This document shows positions 47,263 to 55,718 of a stretch of DNA of 64,000 nucleotides, piece by piece (position 1 is the first letter of the stretch; each line of letters starts with the position of its first letter). The DNA is from Bacillota bacterium. Lineage in GTDB: Bacteria > Bacillota > Clostridia > Peptostreptococcales > Anaerovoracaceae. A model generated the notes under the pieces. That model saw nothing but the letters and a program-made list of their open reading frames with translations, ran no database searches and had not been told where the DNA came from. Both the position numbers and the translations under genes were made by a program. The stretch lies in NCBI GenBank assembly GCA_017397005.1, contig JAFQKJ010000140.1, forward strand, positions 7,027-71,026. Reading direction: 5' to 3'.

Positions 47263-47829
47263 ATGAAAACACAAATTAGGCACAATTTGTTAAAAGAAAG
47301 AGATGCCTTATCTCCAAACGAAATCATCGCTGCAGGAAATGCTGCGGCTTCATTATTTTTAAATTCCGAATTCACCAAAATTCCTGAAGGCAAATCTTTA
47401 ATGCTTTATGCATCATTCAGAAATGAAATGCCCACATGGACTATTATAGACAAACTGTTTGATATGGGTATAAAGATCATACTTCCCAAAACCTCCGGCG
47501 ATGATCTTATCCCTTATGAATACGGAGGGCCTCACACCCTCGCGAAAGATTCTTTCGGGATCCTTTCACCCGACCCTGCCCTGTGCGGAGAAGCTGACAC
47601 AACCGAAATAAATACTGTGCTGGTGCCCGGCATAGGATTTGATAAAACAGGAAACCGTCTTGGCTTCGGGAGAGGATATTACGATCGCTTTCTCCCGAAT
47701 ATCCCTGATGCTGTAAAGATCGGACTTTGCTATAACTTTCAGATCCGACCTTTTATTCCTGTAAACGAAACCGACGTGCCAATGGATCTTATTCTTACAG
47801 AATCTGGATTTATCAACTGTAAAAAATAA
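47263..47829 (+). CDS. 5-formyltetrahydrofolate cyclo-ligase
   Basis: The start MKTQIRHNLLKERDAL at 47263 has GAGGA upstream. GFDKTGNRLGFGRGYYDRF is the family signature. Confidence 0.85.
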   Translation: MKTQIRHNLLKERDALSPNEIIAAGNAAASLFLNSEFTKIPEGKSLMLYASFRNEMPTWTIIDKLFDMGIKIILPKTSGDDLIPYEYGGPHTLAKDSFGILSPDPALCGEADTTEINTVLVPGIGFDKTGNRLGFGRGYYDRFLPNIPDAVKIGLCYNFQIRPFIPVNETDVPMDLILTESGFINCKK

Positions 47830-48274
47830 AATTATACAGCTCTGTAAATCTGTTTGTCTGGATCATCGGTATCATGAAGCAAGGTATCCCTTCATATATT
47901 CCATGGGGATCTTCTGATTGTACAAAGTCACTGCTGCATTTATTAAAGATCACCGCCAGTATTTTCCCTTGATCTTTCATTATCTTTAATGCAGTTATAA
48001 GTTTATCGTCTGAACAAGAACTCCCGTCGACAACTATGATCAAACTTTCCGGAGCAGGCTTGTCCTGCTCTTTTTTATATTCTCCCATGTCCACAATATT
48101 GAATCCGCTCTTATCCTGATGCAATGCAAAACACTTTCCGGCTTTAAGTTCTCTTTCAAGAAGCTCGCATATAAAACTTGCTCCCGCTCCTTGTTCCGTA
48201 CCTATAACACCTATTGAGCGGGATTTATTATCAGTAATCAACGGCGGCATAGGACACGTATCTCTGCTTATCAT
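47813..48274 (-). CDS. hypothetical protein with a degenerate P-loop-like segment
   Basis: The track ORF starts at a TTG at 48307; the first ATG at 48274 follows AAAGGAGA. IGVIGTEQGAGASF resembles a ParA/MinD-type glycine-rich loop but lacks the Lys and Thr. I recognise no family. Its 3' end overlaps the convergent folate gene by 17 nt. Confidence 0.4.
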   Translation of the reverse strand: MISRDTCPMPPLITDNKSRSIGVIGTEQGAGASFICELLERELKAGKCFALHQDKSGFNIVDMGEYKKEQDKPAPESLIIVVDGSSCSDDKLITALKIMKDQGKILAVIFNKCSSDFVQSEDPHGIYEGIPCFMIPMIQTNRFTELYNFIFYS

Positions 48275-48396
48275 GATCCCTAAAAATCTCCTTTCTGAGA
48301 ACAGCAAAAACCGCTAACGATATGTAAAATTTTACCATTAGCGATTCTTCTTTTCAACTTTTATGCAGTTTTTGACAAATACTCGTCATTATTTCA

Positions 48397-48879
48397 TCAT
48401 TCTGCGTACTGTACTTTAAGTTCTACTTCATCAGGAAGTATCTCTAATGAAGTTTCTGCTACAGCATAAGGATAAGTTATTTCCTGGGTCAGCAGTTCTC
48501 CGCTTGCCGGATCGGTAAAAACAGCATATACTGTCATCTTATTAAGCCCATCGATCTCCTCCCAGGTGATTTTTTCTATAGCAACGCCATATCCCGAAGT
48601 CGTTTTTTCGCCTCTGGTTGCTGCAACATACACCTTTCCGTCCACCATGCACGCCAATGCTCTCTCTAAAAGCTGATACTCCGGCATCACTTCTTCCGCA
48701 AGCTGTTTAGGTATATCTTCAGAAGCAAGTGAAGTAAACTCTATTGAACTGTCTCCTTTCAGTTTTGAACATCCCACTACCGCTGCGGCAACAACCAGAA
48801 CGAGAAGGAGCGCGCCTATTATCGCTTTCTTTCCCACCCTATTCGCAGTACTTTTTTTCAAAATAATTCCCTCCTCCAC
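48397..48879 (-). CDS. PrcB C-terminal domain family lipoprotein
   Basis: 160-aa ORF with a signal peptide and a Cys (VVGCSKL). The motif ATRGEKTTSGYGVAIEKI is typical of PrcB_C-type proteins. Confidence 0.6.
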   Translation of the reverse strand: MEEGIILKKSTANRVGKKAIIGALLLVLVVAAAVVGCSKLKGDSSIEFTSLASEDIPKQLAEEVMPEYQLLERALACMVDGKVYVAATRGEKTTSGYGVAIEKITWEEIDGLNKMTVYAVFTDPASGELLTQEITYPYAVAETSLEILPDEVELKVQYAE

Positions 48880-48934
48880 AGTTTGTATAACTACTAAAAT
48901 CTATGAAGGAGGGTCAAGATTTATTACTTAATTA

Positions 48935-49864
48935 TTAAAGCAATTCTTTACAAGCCTTTACTATATCAGCTGCTGTGATCTCATATGCTTCCATAAGCTG
49001 ATTTGGTTTTCCTGACTGACCGAACTTGTCTTTGATCCCGATCATTTTAACCTTTGCAGGAGCTTCTTTTGCTGTAACTTCTGCTACTGCGCTGCCAAGT
49101 CCGCCGATTATACTGTGTTCTTCTGCTGTTACGATACCCTTTGTTTCTTTAGCAGCCTTTATGATGATCTCTTCATCTATAGGCTTGATGGTATGTATAT
49201 CGATAACTCTTGCAGAGATACCTTCTGCTGCAAGCTGTTCGGCAGCAATAACGGCTTCATTTACCATTATACCTGTTGCGATGATAGCAACGTCGCTGCC
49301 TTCTTTCACTGTTATTCCTTTTCCGATCTCGAAGTCCATATCTTCATCGTAGATCACAGGAACTGCAGCTCTGCCAAGTCTGACGTAGCAAGGGCCTTTC
49401 ATTTCAATAGCCGCTTCGATAGCTTTCTTTGCAGATGCTCCGTCTGACGGATTAAGCACTGTCATTCCAGGGATGCTTCTCATAAGAGAAATGTCTTCTA
49501 TAGCCTGATGGCTGGCTCCGTCTTCACCTACTGTTACGCCTGCGTGAGTTGCGCAGATCTTAACGTTAAGATGAGGATATCCAATGGAGTTTCTGATTAT
49601 TTCAAATGCTCTTCCTGCAGCAAACATTGCAAAAGTACTTGCAACTACTGTCTTTCCTGAAGCAGCAAGGCCTGCAGCAACGCCGTACATATTCTGTTCA
49701 GCTATACCCATATTGAAAAATCTGTCAGGGAATGCTTTGCTGAAAGATGCTGTCATGGTTGATTTTGATAAGTCTGCATCCATTACCACCAGGTCTTTAT
49801 TCTTTTCACCGATCTCTACCAGCGCTTCTCCGTAAGCCTGTCTTGTTGCCATTTTATCTGCCAT
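48935..49864 (-). CDS. transketolase, C-terminal (pyrimidine-binding) subunit
   Basis: 309-aa ORF (FNMGIAEQNM, GEDGASHQAIEDI), following the N-terminal subunit gene. Confidence 0.9.
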   Translation of the reverse strand: MADKMATRQAYGEALVEIGEKNKDLVVMDADLSKSTMTASFSKAFPDRFFNMGIAEQNMYGVAAGLAASGKTVVASTFAMFAAGRAFEIIRNSIGYPHLNVKICATHAGVTVGEDGASHQAIEDISLMRSIPGMTVLNPSDGASAKKAIEAAIEMKGPCYVRLGRAAVPVIYDEDMDFEIGKGITVKEGSDVAIIATGIMVNEAVIAAEQLAAEGISARVIDIHTIKPIDEEIIIKAAKETKGIVTAEEHSIIGGLGSAVAEVTAKEAPAKVKMIGIKDKFGQSGKPNQLMEAYEITAADIVKACKELL

Positions 49865-50706
49865 TACTGTTCACCTCCCAGTTCTGCAAGTGCCTTTTCG
49901 GTTTCTTCAGCGTTTGGAGCTTTTCCATGCCATCCCGCTTCATCTTCCATGAATGAAACGCCTTTACCTTTTACAGTTCTTGCTATGATCATGACCGGTT
50001 TACCTTCGATCTCATCTGCAGCATCAAGCTTTTCTGCGATCTCTTCGATGTCATGGCCGTCCATTTCCATAACTTCCCAGCCAAAGCTTTCAAATTTTTC
50101 GTAAATTGGAGCAACCTTCATTACATCGTCATTTCTTCCATCGATCTGAAGGCCATTGTTATCAAGGATAGCAACCAGGTTGTCCAGTTTATAATGAGCC
50201 GCGCTCATTGCAGCTTCCCAAACGATACCTTCCTGGATCTCGCCGTCTCCGAGGAGTGCGTATACTTTAGATTTTCTACCGTCAAGCTTGTTTGCGATCG
50301 CCATACCTACTGCTGTTGAGATACCCTGGCCTAATGAACCTGTAGACATTTCAACTCCCGGGATCTTTTTCATATCAGGATGTCCCTGGAAAATAGATCC
50401 GATCTTTCTGAGGTCATACATTTCTTCAACATTGAAATAGCCTTTTCTTCCAAGAGCAGCATAAAGAGCAGGTGCCGCATGTCCCTTTGAAAGAACGAAC
50501 TTGTCTCTGTTTGCCATATCAGGATTCTGTGGATCTACATTCATCTTGTAAAAATACAGTGTTGCTAAAATATCAGCAGCAGAAAGTGATCCTCCAGGAT
50601 GTCCTGAACCCGCTGCAGAAATGGCCTTTATTATATCCTGACGCATATTTCGTGCAGCTAACCTTACCTCGTCAACGTTTAACATTTTTTCTTCCTCCAT
50701 TATCAT
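49864..50706 (-). CDS. transketolase, N-terminal (ThDP-binding) subunit
   Basis: 280-aa ORF (SGHPGGSLS, LGDGEIQEG). Split transketolase arrangement. Confidence 0.9.
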   Translation of the reverse strand: MIMEEEKMLNVDEVRLAARNMRQDIIKAISAAGSGHPGGSLSAADILATLYFYKMNVDPQNPDMANRDKFVLSKGHAAPALYAALGRKGYFNVEEMYDLRKIGSIFQGHPDMKKIPGVEMSTGSLGQGISTAVGMAIANKLDGRKSKVYALLGDGEIQEGIVWEAAMSAAHYKLDNLVAILDNNGLQIDGRNDDVMKVAPIYEKFESFGWEVMEMDGHDIEEIAEKLDAADEIEGKPVMIIARTVKGKGVSFMEDEAGWHGKAPNAEETEKALAELGGEQ

Positions 50707-51440
50707 TTGGTTTGACTTTTATCTGAAAATAATACTTTTAACATAAACAACGGCAGTGCCGCCATTCTTTTATATCTCGACGGCTCCTGAATAAATCTGT
50801 AGAGCCATTCAAGTCCATGTTTTCTGTAGAATTCCGGAGCTCTCTTTAATTCTCCGGACCATACATCCAAGCTTCCTCCAACACCTATTGCAGCCTTGGT
50901 TTTAAGCCTGTCCTTATATTTTAACACAAACAGTTCCTGTTTTGGAGAGCCTAATGCAACACATAAAAGGTCCGGCGCTGCATTATTTATTTCTGCCAGA
51001 ATTTCTTCTTCCTCTTCCGGTTTAAAATACCCGTTTCTGGTACCTACTACTTTAAGCCCCGGATAAGTCTCTTCCATTTTTTCCGCCGCTTTCGCTGCTA
51101 TACCCGGTTTGCTTCCGAAAAGAAATACCGTTTTCCCGTTCTTTGAAAGGTAGTCAAGGCTTTTCCCTAAAAAATCTATCCCAGTCACCCGCTCTTCCAG
51201 CGGATGTTTCAAGATTTTTGAAGCGTACACCAGACCGATACCGTCAGGGATCACCATTTCCGCCTGTTCAATAGCACTCATAAGATCCGGATTTTTCCCT
51301 GCGTTCACGACTATTTCAGAATTCGGAGTTACGATAAGACTTACTCCGTCTTTTTCTATAAACTTTTTAAAACGCTCCAAAGCCTCTGCGTAATTGACCA
51401 TATCCACAGGGACTCCCAAGATCTTTATCCTGTCAGACAT
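50703..51440 (-). CDS. tagA: WecB/TagA/CpsF-family glycosyltransferase
   Basis: 245-aa ORF. ILGVPVD...VTPNSEIV...LGSPKQE...EWLYR are typical TagA-family segments. Confidence 0.82.
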   Translation of the reverse strand: MSDRIKILGVPVDMVNYAEALERFKKFIEKDGVSLIVTPNSEIVVNAGKNPDLMSAIEQAEMVIPDGIGLVYASKILKHPLEERVTGIDFLGKSLDYLSKNGKTVFLFGSKPGIAAKAAEKMEETYPGLKVVGTRNGYFKPEEEEEILAEINNAAPDLLCVALGSPKQELFVLKYKDRLKTKAAIGVGGSLDVWSGELKRAPEFYRKHGLEWLYRFIQEPSRYKRMAALPLFMLKVLFSDKSQTK

Positions 51441-52545
51441 CTGAACCTTCCTCTCCCAACAGCCTTTTTATCAAAACTTCGTTGTTGTTTAATTTATCAA
51501 TTAAAAAGCCTTTATTCCTTCTCACCTTGTCGAGAAGCATATCTTTATTATCCATTACCTTATCATATTCTTCCAGCAGATATTCACCTTTAAAGTCATA
51601 TACCGAACACATTGCTCTCAGGTCCATAGACTTCATAAAGGAATTTACTTTCGGATCATATGATATACCTATCATAGGCACTTCCATTATAGCCGAATGT
51701 ATCAGGGAATGGAGTCTCACTCCTATCAGAAGATCCATATTCCCTATAATGGAAAGCATTTCTTCTGTAAGACATTTTTTCTTTATACAGGTAACATTTT
51801 CTTCGATACGGCGCTGGATCTCTTCAGTTATAGGCATGTCCTCTGAAAAATGAAACGGTATAAGCACTATCCTTGCATTATATCTTGATATCAGGCCATT
51901 GATGCCGCAGCATACTTCAGAAAGAAAATCTTCATCTTTGAGTTTACCTTTTACAGCTATCCCTATTTTAGGTGTATCCGTACCGAAATCAAAATCCGCC
52001 TCTTTCAGTATCTTTCTGCCTTCCTCCAGATCCGGCTGCTTTATTCTTATTACAGGATCCGCCGTAACTATCATCTTTTCCGGAGAAAGACCGCAGTCAA
52101 GAAGAAACTCTCTTGAACCCTCATCTCTGACCACTATATAATCGACTTTCTTGAGAGTCCTTATCATCAGCCTCCGGTTTAAACCTGAATTTACCGGACC
52201 TATCCCCTGACTGTATATAAATACCTTTTTTCTGAAAAACAAAGCTATCCACATTACCGCAAGGTAGTATAAGATACTTCGTTTGCTGGTAACATCCTGC
52301 AGCAGGCTGCCGCCGCCGCTAATCAAAAGATCTGATTTTGCAATGCTTTTTATGATTTGGGCAACACTCATTCTGTCCACAGCTTTAACTCCGAATTTTT
52401 CTCGCGTAGACTGAGGATTTTGTGACAATACCGTTATATCGATGTCTTCTATGCGGTCTCTGAGATTCTCCACTACCGCCTTTAATATAGACTCATCCCC
52501 GATATTATTAAAACCGTAATATCCGGAGATAACGATCCTATGCAT
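51433..52545 (-). CDS. csaB: polysaccharide pyruvyl transferase CsaB-like
   Basis: 370-aa ORF. The N-terminus ISGYYGFNNIGDE and the GGGSLLQD motif are typical of CsaB/PS_pyruv_trans. Confidence 0.8.
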   Translation of the reverse strand: MHRIVISGYYGFNNIGDESILKAVVENLRDRIEDIDITVLSQNPQSTREKFGVKAVDRMSVAQIIKSIAKSDLLISGGGSLLQDVTSKRSILYYLAVMWIALFFRKKVFIYSQGIGPVNSGLNRRLMIRTLKKVDYIVVRDEGSREFLLDCGLSPEKMIVTADPVIRIKQPDLEEGRKILKEADFDFGTDTPKIGIAVKGKLKDEDFLSEVCCGINGLISRYNARIVLIPFHFSEDMPITEEIQRRIEENVTCIKKKCLTEEMLSIIGNMDLLIGVRLHSLIHSAIMEVPMIGISYDPKVNSFMKSMDLRAMCSVYDFKGEYLLEEYDKVMDNKDMLLDKVRRNKGFLIDKLNNNEVLIKRLLGEEGSDV

Positions 52546-54703
52546 TGTTTCTGCTGCCTCTCTTTCTGATGATCCTATAAAAAATTTCTAATACCAGAAT
52601 GTATATGATACCTAATATTATACCAAATAACACCGCATATCCTGTTCTTGCAAATCCAAGATCAAGAGGTGTCCTGATATGCATAAATGTATTTGCCACG
52701 GATGTGAATCCGATAACTGAAGCCAGTCCAAACAGGAAGGAGAATATCTTCATATTTCTTATCATACTGTATACGAACAGCATAACTGCCGGGAAGGCAA
52801 CGATAAACTCTTTTGTCCTTGGTCTTGCATAAAGCACTTCTTCAAGATAATTTCTTGCCAGCAGTTCAAACGAAGATGCTTCGATAGATGTTTCATGGCC
52901 GGTTCTTGCAAGATATATTATTCCTGCCGCACCTACAACCATTGCAAGGAATACCATCCACATTTTAATGTTATAGTTCAGTACCCATTTAACATCCCTG
53001 AGTTCCAGTGTCTGTTTGCTCTTTTCACTCCACAGATACAGTCCTATTATCACAAATACCAGCATAAAGTATGCCAGCGGTGCAAGCTGTGCAAGTTTTA
53101 CACCACGGAAAATATCCTGTTCAAGCATGAAGTTTATACTTGATATCGGTGCCGCTGTCATCACAGCTCCTGCCAGCGATAGAATGATACAGCCTATCAG
53201 TGCCGCTGTTCCGAATCCTATGAGTTTAAACACGCTTTCGTTCTCACTGAGCCGTTCTTTTACCCAGGCAGTTTCATGAACCAGTATCGTTGCCGTCAGG
53301 CAAGGCATCATTACCGCCGCAGCGAAAGATGTGGCCAATTCCGCCATCTCAGGCATAACAAAATAAGCTCCAAATACGCCTATAACTCCTATTCCCAAAA
53401 GAAGATACAGCCAGCGTTCCCTTATAGGGAATATAGCTTTCAGACACAGCAGAGCCGCACATCCCGCACCTACAGCTGCAAGGATCTTAGCCCAAAGCGG
53501 TACCTGATAAGGTTCAAATGGATTTACATCTCCTATACTTATATCGTGTTTTGCCAGTCTTTGCTCAAGATTTTCAAAAGAATCTCTATACTGCTGTATA
53601 TCTGTTATATATGCAAATTCATCGTCTGTTTCCTTCATAGGCTTGTAGTACAGTATCCTTATATTTCTCTCAACTACAGCTCTGAACAGCGAATTCTCTA
53701 TTTCTTCATAGTTTTCATATCCATAATATCCGTATCTGTACTGGATATACGGCCAAACAGTAAACACTCTCACAACATCATAGTCCGTATCTAAAATAAC
53801 CTGATCCATTCCCATAGGAGAAATGTTCTGTCTCTGAGTAGTATTCTCAACTATGCCTATAGTTACATCATTTTCATTTATATATTTTGACAGTTCATCA
53901 GTGCCGTCATCGTATCCCGGAACAGCTTTGCTGCCCATTATCCAGTAATCCGGTTCCGCTCCCAGGATCTCGTACTGAGAAGTAACATCATTCAAAAACT
54001 GTGTATCATTCCAGCCGGTATATCCTACCGTACGAGGTTCCACTTTACATCCGGCATCCTGAATGAGCTTTACTTTTTCAGGCAAAAGCCCTAAATTAAG
54101 ATACATTATGATAGAACTTACCATGTCGGTTTCTTCAACAAATCCGGTATCCTCTGTCATAAAAATCTTTTCTGTATCATGGTAAAGAGAATCTTTTACC
54201 GTTCCGTCAATAAGTATATATCCGCCGTTTTCTGTTTTTAAAGAAACCGTTCTGTCTGCGTCAAACCTTTCTTCAAAGGCTCTGTTTACAAAATCAAACA
54301 TTTCGTTTGATCCCGCAATAACAAGAACGTCAAAGTCATCTTTAACGTTTTCTTCTATCATGCTAAGGACTTCCGGTGAAGCCTGACTCATCCAGTAAGT
54401 ATCTTTTCTAAGATCTGCAACCAGTTCCGCCTTTATCGGAAGATCTGAATCCGTAAGAGTTTTCAGAGATTCTTCTGTAAGGCCCACCTTATATATCCCC
54501 ATATCTGCAAACTCTTCGAGCCACCAGGAAATATCATTTTCCGACTGCTTGGAAAGCAGTTCCATTTCGTTATAGTCCACGAGGATGTCTACATTCTGCG
54601 GTGCATTTTCCACAGAAAATCTCTGGCCTATCACCAGTCCCGATGCTGCAATAGCTATCAGCAGTATTATAGCGATTATTTTACTCTCTTTTATCAATCT
54701 CAT
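52538..54703 (-). CDS. large polytopic membrane protein with an N-terminal extracytoplasmic domain (possibly the DUF5693 type that accompanies csaB)
   Basis: 721-aa ORF: one N-terminal TM segment, a ~370-aa soluble region, then roughly 9-10 TM segments. It overlaps csaB by 8 nt. The family name is from memory only. Confidence 0.55.
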   Translation of the reverse strand: MRLIKESKIIAIILLIAIAASGLVIGQRFSVENAPQNVDILVDYNEMELLSKQSENDISWWLEEFADMGIYKVGLTEESLKTLTDSDLPIKAELVADLRKDTYWMSQASPEVLSMIEENVKDDFDVLVIAGSNEMFDFVNRAFEERFDADRTVSLKTENGGYILIDGTVKDSLYHDTEKIFMTEDTGFVEETDMVSSIIMYLNLGLLPEKVKLIQDAGCKVEPRTVGYTGWNDTQFLNDVTSQYEILGAEPDYWIMGSKAVPGYDDGTDELSKYINENDVTIGIVENTTQRQNISPMGMDQVILDTDYDVVRVFTVWPYIQYRYGYYGYENYEEIENSLFRAVVERNIRILYYKPMKETDDEFAYITDIQQYRDSFENLEQRLAKHDISIGDVNPFEPYQVPLWAKILAAVGAGCAALLCLKAIFPIRERWLYLLLGIGVIGVFGAYFVMPEMAELATSFAAAVMMPCLTATILVHETAWVKERLSENESVFKLIGFGTAALIGCIILSLAGAVMTAAPISSINFMLEQDIFRGVKLAQLAPLAYFMLVFVIIGLYLWSEKSKQTLELRDVKWVLNYNIKMWMVFLAMVVGAAGIIYLARTGHETSIEASSFELLARNYLEEVLYARPRTKEFIVAFPAVMLFVYSMIRNMKIFSFLFGLASVIGFTSVANTFMHIRTPLDLGFARTGYAVLFGIILGIIYILVLEIFYRIIRKRGSRNNA

Positions 54704-54812
54704 TTTGCCCTCCGTTTAAGCTCTTTCTATCTTTTTTACCCCTGTTTCTTTCCTGTTTTTTTCTCTCTTGTCAATACTTTATCTTATATCATTATCAATC
54801 AAAAATCTACCC

Positions 54813-54853
54813 TAAAAAAAGATGTGTACAGGACCTTGATCCAATACACATCT
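54813..54853 (-). terminator. intrinsic terminator
   Basis: On the minus strand: AGAUGUGUA-(16 nt)-UACACAUCU followed by U7. It lies 13 nt after the stop of ORF 54866-55285. Confidence 0.7.
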
Positions 54854-54865
54854 GATTTTTTATGA

Positions 54866-55285
54866 TTATTTGAGAGTATAACCGCCTCTTACCATTAAAT
54901 ATGCTTCTGTCCAGGCTTTTACTCCTCTTCCGTCATCTCTTGGCACGAGCAGAAGATGGTTGAGACCGATCTCGGTTCCGCTCATAAGATCCTTACCGGT
55001 CGTAAGGTCTGATACTCCGTTTGCTCCGTTATCGATAGCAGTTACAACACCGGATCTTACTATTATCTCTGTTCCTTCTTTTCCGACAACTGTCTGGCCT
55101 GCGTCTATATGAACTATACTGTAAGTTCCTGAAGACTGTGATTTTACAGAAGCTATCTGTGCATCCACGTAACTCTTGCTTACCAGCGGATCATCTGAAG
55201 TTCCCGGATCAGCAAACACCGCAAATGCGGATAAGCTTAATAGTGCTACCAATGCCAATATCAGTGCTAATGTTTTCTTTTTCAT
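54866..55285 (-). CDS. secreted hypothetical protein (139 aa)
   Basis: Clear signal peptide (MKKKTLALILALVALLSLSAFAVFA). The mature part is Gly/Thr/Val-rich. I recognise no family. Confidence 0.55.
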   Translation of the reverse strand: MKKKTLALILALVALLSLSAFAVFADPGTSDDPLVSKSYVDAQIASVKSQSSGTYSIVHIDAGQTVVGKEGTEIIVRSGVVTAIDNGANGVSDLTTGKDLMSGTEIGLNHLLLVPRDDGRGVKAWTEAYLMVRGGYTLK

Positions 55286-55296
55286 TTTGTCCTCCT

Positions 55297-55650
55297 TTAT
55301 CCCCCCATGCCAAGACTTACAGAAAGCGCATTTTGAACCCTCTCTATAGCAGGTTCATCTATATGTCCTATCTTCTCTTTAAGTCTTGTTTTATCTATGG
55401 TCCTAAGCTGTTCCATCAGGATCACCGAATTTCTTGTAAGCCCGTTGCCCAGCATACCGATCTCAACATGGGTCGGCAGTTTAGTCTTTACCTGTGAAGT
55501 TATGGCCGCCACTATGATCGTTGGACTGTATTTGTTCCCTACGTCATTTTGTATGACCAGCACAGGTCTTAATCCTCCCTGCTCTGAACCCACCACAGGG
55601 CTCAGATCCGCAAAGAAAATATCTCCTCTTTTTATGATCAAGTCACTCAC
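55297..55650 (-). CDS. mazF: MazF/EndoA (NdoA)-type endoribonuclease toxin
   Basis: Near-collinear with B. subtilis EndoA as I recall it: [49 protein letters not shown]...KLPTHVEI. The track uses the GTG at 55650; a TTG at 55641 would give the EndoA-like N-terminus. Confidence 0.9.
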   Translation of the reverse strand: MSDLIIKRGDIFFADLSPVVGSEQGGLRPVLVIQNDVGNKYSPTIIVAAITSQVKTKLPTHVEIGMLGNGLTRNSVILMEQLRTIDKTRLKEKIGHIDEPAIERVQNALSVSLGMGG

Positions 55651-55718
55651 GCTCCGTCAAAGTTTTATATCTTACGGCACAATGAGACATCCTGATTCGT
55701 AACTATTAGTATATATCT

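Noticed and set aside
55651-55718. The 15-codon micro-ORF ([15 protein letters not shown]) as the MazF antitoxin.
   Set aside because: It is far shorter than any MazE/EndoAI-type antitoxin I know and has no Shine-Dalgarno sequence. I mention it only inside the orphan-toxin finding.
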